From a virus (taxonomy: Duplodnaviria; Caudoviricetes): a DNA stretch of 64,000 nucleotides. Each line of letters opens with the position of its first letter. Within the stretch, counting starts at the first letter, position 1. Shown piece after piece: positions 38,076 through 47,830 of the stretch. Made by a program: the position numbers and the translations under genes. The notes under the pieces are model-generated. The model was not told where the DNA came from. It worked only from the letters and a program-made list of their open reading frames with translations, and ran no database searches. The stretch spans positions 15,766 to 79,765 of IMG/VR virus record IMGVR_UViG_2609460236_000001, one strand, 5' to 3'.

Positions 38076-38867
38076 ATGGCTGGTGAAGCAAAGTCCGAGA
38101 AGTTCATGCTGGGGTCGGCCACCGTGATGATCGGCCCCCAAACTGACCTGTTCAACCTCAATCCCGACGAGCACTCGATCGGTCTCGTGAAGAACTTCAC
38201 AATCAGTGGCCAGCCGGCATACACCGAGCTGACGCAGGGCGTGAAGAACAGCGTTGTGTACTCGGTGATGACCGGCAACCCCGTCACCGCCACGATGGAA
38301 GTATTCGAGCACACGTCGAAGAACCTCGCGTACGGCTTGGGTCTCGACGGTTCGGCGCTGACGCCGTCCACGGTCAAGACCACGCTGAACGCAGACGTGC
38401 CTGCGAACGCCGCCGGCGCGGACACGCTGCCGGTCGCATCAGCCACCGGCTTCGCGGTCGGCGACTGGATTCAAGCGATCGTGCCTGGTTACAGCGACCG
38501 TATGCTCGTCGCCAAGGTCAAGACTATCGATTCGACGGCGAAAACGCTGCAAGTCGTCAGCTCGCAGAAGTTCGACTACCAGTTGCCGAACGGTACGGTA
38601 GTCCAGAAGGTCAACGTGGTGGGTATCGGCTCGAAGGCTAACCAGCCGTTCCTTGCCGCGAAGGTGGTCGGCAACCTCGCCGACAACACGCCGGTTGCGC
38701 TGCTGATTCCCAAGATCCGCATCACGGGTGGCTTCACGCTGGCGTTCAAGACCGACGCGTTCGGCAACCTGCCGTACAAGTTCCAGCCGTACGATCTGGT
38801 CTCGACGGACCCGTTCTACGACGACTTCCTGCCGTTCGGGCAAGCGATGCTGGCGTCGGCAAACTAA
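38076..38867 (+). CDS. major tail (tube) protein
   Basis: GGAG SD, position before chaperones and tape measure. Confidence 0.75.
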   Translation: MAGEAKSEKFMLGSATVMIGPQTDLFNLNPDEHSIGLVKNFTISGQPAYTELTQGVKNSVVYSVMTGNPVTATMEVFEHTSKNLAYGLGLDGSALTPSTVKTTLNADVPANAAGADTLPVASATGFAVGDWIQAIVPGYSDRMLVAKVKTIDSTAKTLQVVSSQKFDYQLPNGTVVQKVNVVGIGSKANQPFLAAKVVGNLADNTPVALLIPKIRITGGFTLAFKTDAFGNLPYKFQPYDLVSTDPFYDDFLPFGQAMLASAN

Positions 38868-38886
38868 GGTTCACGCCGGTACGGAG

Positions 38887-38936
38887 AAAAACCTTGAAGC
38901 ACCAATCCCCACGACACATAATCGTGGGGATTTTTC
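38887..38936 (+). promoter_or_regulatory. overlapping terminator hairpin and promoter TTGAAG-N17-CATAAT
   Basis: AATCCCCACGA/TCGTGGGGATT+TTT with the -10 element in the loop. Confidence 0.55.
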
Positions 38937-38952
38937 ATTCGGAAACCAAAAC

Positions 38953-39354
38953 ATGTCGACCACCACCACGCGACAAGCCCCGCCCGCAAAACTCGACGTC
39001 ACTCTGGCCGGCGAGAAGAAGAGCTTGTTCATGTCTTTTGGCTTGCTCAACGAACTGTGCCGGGGCATTGGCGATGCTCAAGGCGCATTGCAAGTCACGG
39101 CAAACTCTCAACTTCGTGATTTCGCCTTGATGGTTGTGCTTTCCGATCGAGACGAAGAAGGCAACGTCGTCAAGCCGATCAACGTCAATCGAATCGAAAT
39201 GTCCATCGAAGACGGTGAACGTTTGCTCGACTGGGTGGCGCAGCACGCAACTGATTTTTTCGTGCGGACGATGGAGAGAATCGTCACGGGACACAAGGAC
39301 AAGGAAACCCGGTTGAAGGCCCTGAAAGAGTTGGCCGAAAACCCGGCAAGCTAA
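38953..39354 (+). CDS. tail assembly chaperone (gpG-like)
   Basis: position; start MSTTTT. Confidence 0.7.
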   Translation: MSTTTTRQAPPAKLDVTLAGEKKSLFMSFGLLNELCRGIGDAQGALQVTANSQLRDFALMVVLSDRDEEGNVVKPINVNRIEMSIEDGERLLDWVAQHATDFFVRTMERIVTGHKDKETRLKALKELAENPAS

Positions 39355-39665
39355 CCGCATACACGGACTGGTTCCGCGACCTCACTTTCAGCGAGGCAGT
39401 GTGCTGGGCATTCGAAACTGTTCCTTCTGCATTGCCAATTATTTTCTGGAAGTACAGTCGCGAGGACATTAAAATCCGCACACGGTTGAAGCTCGGCGAA
39501 TGCCAAGCAAACCACGTGCAACAGTTCCAGACGTTGGCGATCCTTCTCTCCGAAGCCCTCGGCACAGGGACTGCTTCGAGCACGTCCGAATCCTCCCAAG
39601 AAAACGTGCCCAAAGACTTCGCGGACGCCCAACGCCGGTTGGCAGCAGTCTTCGGGAAACGATAA
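39339..39665 (+). CDS. gpT-like -1 frame extension of tail chaperone
   Basis: open -1 frame overlaps the gpG end and runs to the tape measure start; no good own start. Confidence 0.55.
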   Translation, partial: KPGKLTAYTDWFRDLTFSEAVCWAFETVPSALPIIFWKYSREDIKIRTRLKLGECQANHVQQFQTLAILLSEALGTGTASSTSESSQENVPKDFADAQRRLAAVFGKR

Positions 39666-42600
39666 ATGGCGGGCGAGAATCAAGTACAACAGGGGCAACT
39701 GGACCTATCCCTTGGTCCGAAGATCTTTCAGGATGCGCAGTCCCTCTCGACCCTCCTCACTGAGATCTTCAAGCGCCTCAATGACATCAGCGGGATCGCG
39801 AAGCAAATCTCGATCCCCGGCGTTTCTTCCACCGATCCGAGTCAGTCCAACATCCTGGCTGCGATTGGTGGTCTTCAGCGCGACATGCGAACCATGCTCG
39901 CGACCGTACGATCGGGCGGACCGCAGGCGCAGATCAACCAAGCTCTCGTGCAAGGCACGCGCTCGCAGGCACTTTTCGGCTCGGACAATCGCGCTCAGCT
40001 CGAACAGCTGACCGCGCTCAATGCCGCCGCCGAGCGTCGTGTGCTCCTTGAGCGACAACTTCAAGTCGCCCAGGAAGCGAACCGTGAATACTCGACGTCG
40101 CAGATGAGCGCGGCGACGCGGATCTACGAGATCACGGCGCGGATCACTGAAGCCCAGCAGCGCTACAAGCAAGCGATCATCGACAGTGACACCGCGACGC
40201 AGGCCTCGGCCAAGCGCGACATGCGCGATGGCCAACAGCGTCTCGACCAGCTGAAGCAGGAAATCGATCTGCGCGAGCGTGGGGCGCGCGTACGCCTCGG
40301 CCGCGCCCTAGACAGCGGCAAGAACGTTGATGTCGCGCAGGCCCAACTCGCGATAGTGAACGCTGACAAGGCGGATCTCTCGACGTCACTGCGCACCACG
40401 GTCGGTGCTCAGCAACGCGCCGAACGCGACGCGGCGAAAGCCCTGAGCAACGAGCGCAAGCAACTCGAAAAGGACTGGACCGCAGCGCTCACTGAGGAGC
40501 GCAGTCGGCAAGCCGCGATCGAGAAGGCATGGAATCAAGCCATTGTCGAAGACCGTCAGCGCACGCAACGTGCCGATGCCACATTCGAGCGGCAACTGCG
40601 CTCCGCGCAGGTTGAAGACCACAAGCGAGCACGCGACGCCGAGGCATCGTTCGACAAGACATGGAATTCAGCTCATCTCGAAAACCTCAAGCGCGACAAG
40701 GCCACTGAGCGGAAGTTCCTGGCTGACTGGGATGCCGCAATCCTTGAGGACCACCGGCGCTCAAAGACAACGCAGAAGAAGCTCGAAGATGACTGGGATA
40801 ACGCCATTCGAGAGAATCGTCGCCGCCAGCAGCAGGCAGACGAGGCAGCGGCTCGCGCCGCTGCTCAGTTCGGTCCCGATCGAGCGACGCTTATGCGCCT
40901 GCGTGATGCACAAGCCGAGAGCAACCGTCGCAACAGTCCCGATTTTCAGGATCAACAGGACTCAGCTACGCGTGCTCGTCGCTATCGCCAAACATTTGGC
41001 GACGGCGGAGCGTCAATCGCGCTGACGCAGACCGCCCTCCTCGCCAATTACAGCGTGACCCGTGGGGTGCAGACTGCGTTCACGTCCGCGTTGCAGAACA
41101 CGATTCAGTACGAAGAAGCACTGGCCCACCTCAAGACGATCACGTCCGCGACCGATCTTCAGCTCGCCTCTCTCGCGTCAACTATCGAGACTGTCTCGAA
41201 TGCGACACGTTACAGCGCGACGGATCTGACCAAGGCAGCTGCCGCCTTGTCGGAGACGGGTGTGACTACCAACCAGCTCGGTGTAGCACTCCGCGGCGTG
41301 GCTGACCTCGCCACCGCCACGGGCGAAGACTTCAACAAGACGGTTAACACCGTCACCGGTTCGCTCGGCGCGTTCAAGATGTCCGCGAGTGATACGGTTC
41401 AGGTAACGAACATGATCGCCCAGGCGGTCAACTCGTCGCGCCTGACAATGGACAAATTGAAAACGTCGATCGAAACCGCAGGCGAGACCGCGAGTGAGGC
41501 TGGTGTCTCGTTCAAGGAAATGCTGTCAGCGACCGTGGCCATCACGAATACTGGTACGGCCTCTGGTGCGACGCTCGGCGGTGGACTGCGTCAACTGCTG
41601 ATCGACCTCGAAAAGCCGAGCCAGAAGTTCAAGGCAACGCTGGATCAACTGGGTCTCACGCAGCAAGACATCAACGTCAAGTCGCAAGGCCTGTACGGTG
41701 CGCTGAAGAACCTGAAGGATGCGGGCTTTACCGCAGCCGACGCCATGCAGGCGTTCGAGGCGCGCAGTGCGTCGGCGTTCACAGCACTCTCGGGCAACCT
41801 AGCCGAGATGAACGACTTTTCGTCCACATTGAATCACACGGATGCAGCAGCGCGTGCCAACGCTGAGCAGATGGAAACGCTCGGCGCTCAGTACGATCGC
41901 TTCAAGAACCAGACGTCGCTTCTGGTCGGTGACGGCTTCAAGCCGTTGCTCGACGGACTGAAGAACATCCTGGATATGACGTCAAGCGCCGAAGCCGCGT
42001 TGAAGAGCTACGGTGGGGTCACCGAGACGGTCGGCACGCTGATCGGCACGGGCGCACTCGCGGTGGGCTTGAAGTATGTCGGCGGGCTGCTCGGCGGCAT
42101 CGCCGGCATGACATTCGGTGGCTTCGAAGCCGCTGCTGGTGTCGCTGCAATGGGCGGCCAGATCGGCCTCGTGATCGGCGCCATCGCAGGACTTACGGCC
42201 GGCGTCGTCTACCTTGTCAGTAAGCTGAATGACTCCGGGAAGGCGTTTGAGGAGCAGCGTACAGCTGTCAACGCTGCGAAAGATGCTGTGACATCGTCAA
42301 AGCAATCGTACGACAGCATCGGCCGTCAGATCGACACGCTACGCTACAAGATGACGGCGCTCAACGAGCACCCGGAACAGCTCAAGCGTGAAGTCGACGA
42401 TCTCAGCGTCCAGTTCGAGAAATACGGCGTCACGCTTGACAAAGACGCCATCGGGAAAACCGAAAACCTGATCATTGCATTGCAGCGCTTGCAAGGCGAG
42501 CTTGGCAAGCGATATGAGTTGAATACGTCCGTCCTCAGCGCGCAGCTTGACGTCATGGTCGAGCGCGCCAAAGAGTCTACCGGGCAAGAGGCCGGCAAGT

Positions 42601-45530
42601 TCCAGGCAAATGCCTTTTCTGGCCCACGCGACAAGATCGAACAGTCCAGCGGTGTGACCCTGGTGACCTCTGAACCGTACTACGACGCCGCCGGTGTCGG
42701 CGTCGCTCAGGGGCAAGTTCGATTCAACGCCGTGCCTGGTGGGCGTCGATCCGCAGGCTATCTGCCAGTCGACGAGGGCGTGAACAAGGACAACATCCCC
42801 GCAATCATCCAGTACCTGAAGGATGCGGGCGCTGACGTGTCTGGCAAGGTCCAGGCGGGCTTGGTGGACGCAGCTGGCATCAACGGACAGCCGCATGATC
42901 TGGATGCTCAACGGGCCTTCTCGACGGCCGTGAATAATGCGATTGCGAAAGCAATTCAGGCGCGCAGTGGGCAAAATGCCTCGGATGCCGAGAAGGCGAA
43001 TTCGTATGGCGAGGAGCAAGCACTGTCCAACTTGCTCGCCAATCTCCAGAAGGTCACGAACGGCCTGCAAACGGCACAAGGCTATCAGCATGATCTGGAC
43101 CGTGCCAACAAGACCCTCGCCAGCCAGCGCTACGCCGAGACGAACCCGGCCGCGCAGGAGATCGTCAGAGCGGTCTCGGCGGCGGTCACTCGTACAACAG
43201 GCGTACTCGGCTCCCCTGAATCGCGCCTTGACTCACTCTGGACGGCTCTGAAAACGCAGGAGAGCGGAAATCGGCAGTTCGACAGCAATGGGCGACCAGT
43301 CACGTCGAACAAAGGGGCTATCGGTATCGCCCAGGTGATGCCCGACACAGCCCCCGAAGCTGCACGGCTGGCAGGCCTACCGTGGGACGACAACCGCTAC
43401 CGAAACGACCCGACGTATAACGAGGCGATCGGCCGTGCGTACCTCAACGCTCAGTTAAAGAAGTATGGCAACAACTCGACACTCGCGCTCGCGGCCTACA
43501 ACGGTGGCCCCAGCTACGTCGACAGGCTGCTGGCTACTACGAGCGGGGACGGCCGTTCGATGGATTTCCGCAACCCAACCGGCGTCACCGAAACCGAGTT
43601 CGTCAACGCGCTCAAGCCCGAGACACGCAACTACGTGCAGCGCATCGGCAGCGGCGCTGGTGCGTTCGGCCGCTACCAGAATCTCTTGAACAACTCGGGT
43701 CTTGCGAGCCAAGGCGCGGCCAACAGCCAGCTCATGCGTCAGCTCCAGTCACAGCTAGACGCATCCAGTGACGACATCCAGAAAGCATTTCTGCTCGCGC
43801 AGATCGACCAGCTAAAAGTCGCGCAGAACCACATCCAGCGCGAAATCGAGAATGCGCGTGCCGAGGCCGCCCCTTCCCTGAAAGCGACCAATTCCGCGGC
43901 TCAGCGCGCGCTTCAAGCTCAGCTGGCCGAAGTTGATACGCAGGCTGGTATCACCCGTGACCCGGAGAAGGCACGGCAGCTCGGCGACGTCGCCGTCGAG
44001 TTGATCAAGAATCAGTACAACCGTACGATCGACACGCTGAAGAAGACCAGCCCAACCCTTCAGATCGGCGATCACCGTGACTACGCAGATGACGTGAAGC
44101 AACAGCTTCAGTCGTTGCAGGACGAGATGGACGCGAAGGTTCGCTCGCAGATCGACAAGAACACGGAACGCGTGCGCAAGCTCAACGAGCAAATCAAGGC
44201 CGCGCAGTTTAAGGAGGACGAAGATCGGGCGCGAATGGCGTTCAACGCTTTCATGACCACGCTCAAGGGCGACGAGAAGACACGAACAAGCAATCAGGCA
44301 ATCGAGCTGAAACGCAACTCGTACCCGGTCGTTGCCGATCAGGCAGCGTCGACATACATGAGTGATCCACGCTACTCGGCCCAGTTCAGCCAGGTTCAGC
44401 GTCAGTCGCTCAGCATCAAGGCAGCGGCCGATCAGGACGTCGTAGACGCGCGCAATCTCGTCACGTATCAAGCGAACATCACCGAATTGCGCGGCGAAAT
44501 CGAGCAATTGCGGAAACAAGTCAACGCCCGTACGGCAATGCTTGGCGAGGAAGGTGATGGCGCTGGTTCTCCCGCGACCGGCCTGTACTCGCAGCTCGCT
44601 GCGGCAAAGGCCGACCCCGCGAAACGGGAGGAACAGGCACGCCTCGAAGCGACGATCGTGCGCCTCACCACGGAACGCACTGCGCAGCAGGGAGAACTCA
44701 ACGCGCTGCAAGACAAGTCGAACGCACTGGTGGAGAGTCAGGAACGTCTGCAGGAGAAGCTGGCAGCGAAGACCACCACCGGCTCCTTCTCACTGATGCA
44801 GGGCATCAACGAGGCGAACAAAAACTTTCTCGACACACACAATGCGACTTCGATGGCAATCGACGGGTATGCCAACATGCTGAACGGGACCGACAACGCG
44901 TTGATCCAGTTCTTCGACGACCTGACCACCCACTCTAAAACCGCTGGTCAGGCCGTCAAGGATTTCGGCGTGTCATTCCTGAAGATGGTCATGCAGATCC
45001 TCGAACAACAAGCCGCGCTCATGCTTATCAAGGGCTTCCTGAGCATGTTCGGGACAGCTGCGTCCGCTTCCGCAGCGCCCACGGCCACAGGTGGCTTTGA
45101 TATGCCCGCCACCGGCACCGCACTCGCGGTCCAAGGCGGCTCCGTCAGCAACGGCCTCGTCTCCCGCTCGGCAGGTGTGAAGCGCTTCGTGTCCGGCGGC
45201 AGCGTGACGGGCGGGATGCCCGGTCGTGACTCCGTACATGCTCTTTTGAAAGAGGGAGAGTATGTGCTAAACGATGGCGCCGTGTCGACGGTCGGCACCG
45301 ACTTCCTCGACAACCTCAACGCACACAGCAACCGAGTCGTCTCGAAGAGCACGCCAGCACCGAAGCCCGAACGCGAGAAGCAGCCGCAGCACGTCAATGT
45401 ATGGGTCGTTGCCCCGGATCAAAAGCCACAGATGGGTCCGAATGACGTCGTCGCCGCGATTAGCAACGACATCGTCACGGGCGGCTCTACGAAGAAACTG
45501 ATCAAGCAAGTCGCACTAGGTCAAATGTAA
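39666..45530 (+). CDS. tail tape measure protein with lytic transglycosylase (SLT) domain
   Basis: 1954 aa helical; TP901-like TMP core; QES...GAIGIAQVMP...LAAYNGG...ETRNYV SLT motifs at about 43240-43645. Confidence 0.92.
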   Translation: MAGENQVQQGQLDLSLGPKIFQDAQSLSTLLTEIFKRLNDISGIAKQISIPGVSSTDPSQSNILAAIGGLQRDMRTMLATVRSGGPQAQINQALVQGTRSQALFGSDNRAQLEQLTALNAAAERRVLLERQLQVAQEANREYSTSQMSAATRIYEITARITEAQQRYKQAIIDSDTATQASAKRDMRDGQQRLDQLKQEIDLRERGARVRLGRALDSGKNVDVAQAQLAIVNADKADLSTSLRTTVGAQQRAERDAAKALSNERKQLEKDWTAALTEERSRQAAIEKAWNQAIVEDRQRTQRADATFERQLRSAQVEDHKRARDAEASFDKTWNSAHLENLKRDKATERKFLADWDAAILEDHRRSKTTQKKLEDDWDNAIRENRRRQQQADEAAARAAAQFGPDRATLMRLRDAQAESNRRNSPDFQDQQDSATRARRYRQTFGDGGASIALTQTALLANYSVTRGVQTAFTSALQNTIQYEEALAHLKTITSATDLQLASLASTIETVSNATRYSATDLTKAAAALSETGVTTNQLGVALRGVADLATATGEDFNKTVNTVTGSLGAFKMSASDTVQVTNMIAQAVNSSRLTMDKLKTSIETAGETASEAGVSFKEMLSATVAITNTGTASGATLGGGLRQLLIDLEKPSQKFKATLDQLGLTQQDINVKSQGLYGALKNLKDAGFTAADAMQAFEARSASAFTALSGNLAEMNDFSSTLNHTDAAARANAEQMETLGAQYDRFKNQTSLLVGDGFKPLLDGLKNILDMTSSAEAALKSYGGVTETVGTLIGTGALAVGLKYVGGLLGGIAGMTFGGFEAAAGVAAMGGQIGLVIGAIAGLTAGVVYLVSKLNDSGKAFEEQRTAVNAAKDAVTSSKQSYDSIGRQIDTLRYKMTALNEHPEQLKREVDDLSVQFEKYGVTLDKDAIGKTENLIIALQRLQGELGKRYELNTSVLSAQLDVMVERAKESTGQEAGKFQANAFSGPRDKIEQSSGVTLVTSEPYYDAAGVGVAQGQVRFNAVPGGRRSAGYLPVDEGVNKDNIPAIIQYLKDAGADVSGKVQAGLVDAAGINGQPHDLDAQRAFSTAVNNAIAKAIQARSGQNASDAEKANSYGEEQALSNLLANLQKVTNGLQTAQGYQHDLDRANKTLASQRYAETNPAAQEIVRAVSAAVTRTTGVLGSPESRLDSLWTALKTQESGNRQFDSNGRPVTSNKGAIGIAQVMPDTAPEAARLAGLPWDDNRYRNDPTYNEAIGRAYLNAQLKKYGNNSTLALAAYNGGPSYVDRLLATTSGDGRSMDFRNPTGVTETEFVNALKPETRNYVQRIGSGAGAFGRYQNLLNNSGLASQGAANSQLMRQLQSQLDASSDDIQKAFLLAQIDQLKVAQNHIQREIENARAEAAPSLKATNSAAQRALQAQLAEVDTQAGITRDPEKARQLGDVAVELIKNQYNRTIDTLKKTSPTLQIGDHRDYADDVKQQLQSLQDEMDAKVRSQIDKNTERVRKLNEQIKAAQFKEDEDRARMAFNAFMTTLKGDEKTRTSNQAIELKRNSYPVVADQAASTYMSDPRYSAQFSQVQRQSLSIKAAADQDVVDARNLVTYQANITELRGEIEQLRKQVNARTAMLGEEGDGAGSPATGLYSQLAAAKADPAKREEQARLEATIVRLTTERTAQQGELNALQDKSNALVESQERLQEKLAAKTTTGSFSLMQGINEANKNFLDTHNATSMAIDGYANMLNGTDNALIQFFDDLTTHSKTAGQAVKDFGVSFLKMVMQILEQQAALMLIKGFLSMFGTAASASAAPTATGGFDMPATGTALAVQGGSVSNGLVSRSAGVKRFVSGGSVTGGMPGRDSVHALLKEGEYVLNDGAVSTVGTDFLDNLNAHSNRVVSKSTPAPKPEREKQPQHVNVWVVAPDQKPQMGPNDVVAAISNDIVTGGSTKKLIKQVALGQM

Positions 45531-45923
45531 ATGGCAACGTCACTCACTTTCGACTTTCCGAATCATCTGGTCGAGGAGAAGTACCCCGAGTCTGGAACAC
45601 GCATCCAGCTCGGGAACTCCTATGTCTTCGCTACGCCGCCGACCGCTCCGGAACAACGTACTTTCATTCTCTCATTCGAGACGATGTGGCGCGGGCTTAA
45701 TGCGGACGGCACAGTGGACATCGCAACAAATCCGCTCAACAACATGGGGCTACTGAAAGACTTCTACGAAACGTACAGACTCTATAAGACATTCCAGTAT
45801 AAGCACCCGTGGCTGGGGGCCATGAACGTCCGCTTCAACAAGCCTCTCGAAATGCCGAAGGGTAAGAAGGGAGCCGACGGATGGTCTGAGTCCTTCAGCG
45901 TCGAGTTCGTGGAGATGCCGTGA
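45531..45923 (+). CDS. distal tail protein (lambda gpM-like)
   Basis: IQLGNSY, position, FSVEFVE end. Confidence 0.7.
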   Translation: MATSLTFDFPNHLVEEKYPESGTRIQLGNSYVFATPPTAPEQRTFILSFETMWRGLNADGTVDIATNPLNNMGLLKDFYETYRLYKTFQYKHPWLGAMNVRFNKPLEMPKGKKGADGWSESFSVEFVEMP

Positions 45924-46414
45924 GATCCGATCTTCCCGACACCCACGTTTCCCAGTCCTTCGAGCTGTCGGCCGATGGACTGGTCGACCTGTTCAAGTTG
46001 GAACTCAATAGCATCTCAGGTGGCACGGTTCTTTGCATGACGGCTAAAAATCAAGTCGTTTGGCAAGGCATGGTATTCGAGTCCATTCCCATCACCCTCG
46101 CCGGCGAAGGCGTTCGCACGGATGGCCAATGGAATCGACCGAAGCTGACGGTTGCCAACCCTGACGGCATCTTCTCGGCATTCATTGCACAGGGCAAGAC
46201 CGACAGCGCAACGGTCACTCGCTACCGCTGCCATCTTGAGGATGTGAAAAACAATGTTGGCCGCTATCAAATCAACATCTGGCGCATATCGAAGACTCTA
46301 AGCATGAGCAATTCGATGGCGACATTCGAACTGCGTACCCCGCTCGACGGACAGATGTTCTATCTGCCGGCACGTGCCTTCTACCCACCGGAGTTCCCGC
46401 ATGTCTCTCTATGA
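45920..46414 (+). CDS. minor tail protein (lambda gpL-like)
   Basis: VDLFKLEL, WQG..F..IPI, RPKLTVAN, FEL.TPLD, LPAR. Confidence 0.8.
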   Translation: MRSDLPDTHVSQSFELSADGLVDLFKLELNSISGGTVLCMTAKNQVVWQGMVFESIPITLAGEGVRTDGQWNRPKLTVANPDGIFSAFIAQGKTDSATVTRYRCHLEDVKNNVGRYQINIWRISKTLSMSNSMATFELRTPLDGQMFYLPARAFYPPEFPHVSL

Positions 46415-46943
46415 AAAATACATCGAAGGGTTCGAGGGAATCCCTTATATCGAAGGCCGCGATGATTGCTATGGCCTCGTGCGCAGATGGCTGGACAAGA
46501 CCTACGGAATGAAGCTGACGAACTACGCTCGTCCGTGTGCCTGGGAGAACGACGGTTTCAATCTACTTGGTGACTACTTCAACCGCGAGGGGTTTGTACT
46601 CGTCAATACGCCATTGAATCGCTTGCAGATCGGCGACCTATTGATGATGCACGTCGCCAGCAGGACGGGCATCTCGAACCACATCGGCGTCTACGTCGGC
46701 AACCAGTACGTATTGCATCATCTGTATGGCCAGGCGTCGAAAGCCGACCCACTGAACGACCGATGGAAGAACCGCATCCTTGATGTCATCCGGCATCCGG
46801 ACATCGCGGAGAAGAATCACGAGCAAACGGAGTCTGTCGACTTCATGACCCTGCTGCCACCCCACTTGAGAGAGAAGTATGAACGACGACTTGTTGAAAC
46901 TCTGGACTCCCCTGACCGAACGGTGCGGCTTCCTCCTAAATGA
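46401..46943 (+). CDS. NlpC/P60 tail assembly protein (gpK C-terminal half)
   Basis: GRDDCYGLVR, NHIGVYVG, LHH. Confidence 0.85.
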   Translation: MSLYEKYIEGFEGIPYIEGRDDCYGLVRRWLDKTYGMKLTNYARPCAWENDGFNLLGDYFNREGFVLVNTPLNRLQIGDLLMMHVASRTGISNHIGVYVGNQYVLHHLYGQASKADPLNDRWKNRILDVIRHPDIAEKNHEQTESVDFMTLLPPHLREKYERRLVETLDSPDRTVRLPPK

Positions 46944-47247
46944 CGGGTCGATTGTCGAGTGCCAAAACGTCCACGAGCAGCCTGAAATAGGCTTTGAAAT
47001 TACCCCCGCGTCTATCCGACAATATGAGGATCAGATTGCTGCCACATGGCACACGCATCCGCACACGGGGCCTAACCTATCTGCTCAGGACTACCGTGCA
47101 TTTCAGGCGTGGCCGCGGTGGTTCCACTACATCATTGGCGAGCACGATGTCTGGTGCTACTACGTCAGAAACAACGCGGTGATTTTGCTCGATGAAGATG
47201 ATCTATCTGCATGGCTCCCTGAAGGAACTGCACCCGGAGCCGATTAA
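46879..47247 (+). CDS. JAB/MPN domain protein (gpK N-terminal half)
   Basis: ERCG...WHTHP....LS.QD. Confidence 0.85.
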   Translation: MNDDLLKLWTPLTERCGFLLNDGSIVECQNVHEQPEIGFEITPASIRQYEDQIAATWHTHPHTGPNLSAQDYRAFQAWPRWFHYIIGEHDVWCYYVRNNAVILLDEDDLSAWLPEGTAPGAD

Positions 47248-47821
47248 CGTCCATTCCACCACGGCTGCTGAAGCGCTGACGGTGCTGAAGCAGTTCCCTG
47301 GATTTGACGCTGAGAACCCCGTCGATGTGCGCGTCGACGGCTTCGATTGCCGCGACGCGCTGTTCGTGCAGACCGACAAGACCGAGTTGCATGTCTACCC
47401 CGCCCTGCGTGGTGCGGGTGGAAACGGCGGCTTCCTACAGATCCTGATCGGGGCCGTAATGGTCGTGGTCGGTACGGTCCTATGGTGGAACGGCCCGATA
47501 GGGGGCACGATGGCCCAGGTGGGCATCGGCATGATGATGGGAGGCGCGATGATGATGCTCGGCGGGGTCATTTCAATGCTTGCCCCACAACCTAAGCTGG
47601 GAACGGGTTCAGCGACGAACTCTAGCTTGATAATCCCTGCCAGCCAGAACACCGTGAAAATCGGCACTCGACTACCGCTCCTGTTCGGCCGAGTGAAGCA
47701 TTTCGGGCACTACCTGTCGTTCAACGTCGATGCAAAGCGGTACGATGATTCCAACATGGTCCTCGGTGGCTACTGCAACCAGAACGGGGACGGTCAAGCA
47801 CTCCACTGCGTACTCGCATAA
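47192..47821 (+). CDS. tail assembly protein (lambda gpI-like)
   Basis: ubiquitin-like N-terminus, GAGG.GGFLQILIG, NT..IG.RLPLLFGR. Confidence 0.85.
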   Translation: MKMIYLHGSLKELHPEPINVHSTTAAEALTVLKQFPGFDAENPVDVRVDGFDCRDALFVQTDKTELHVYPALRGAGGNGGFLQILIGAVMVVVGTVLWWNGPIGGTMAQVGIGMMMGGAMMMLGGVISMLAPQPKLGTGSATNSSLIIPASQNTVKIGTRLPLLFGRVKHFGHYLSFNVDAKRYDDSNMVLGGYCNQNGDGQALHCVLA

Positions 47822-47830
47822 CAAAAATAC

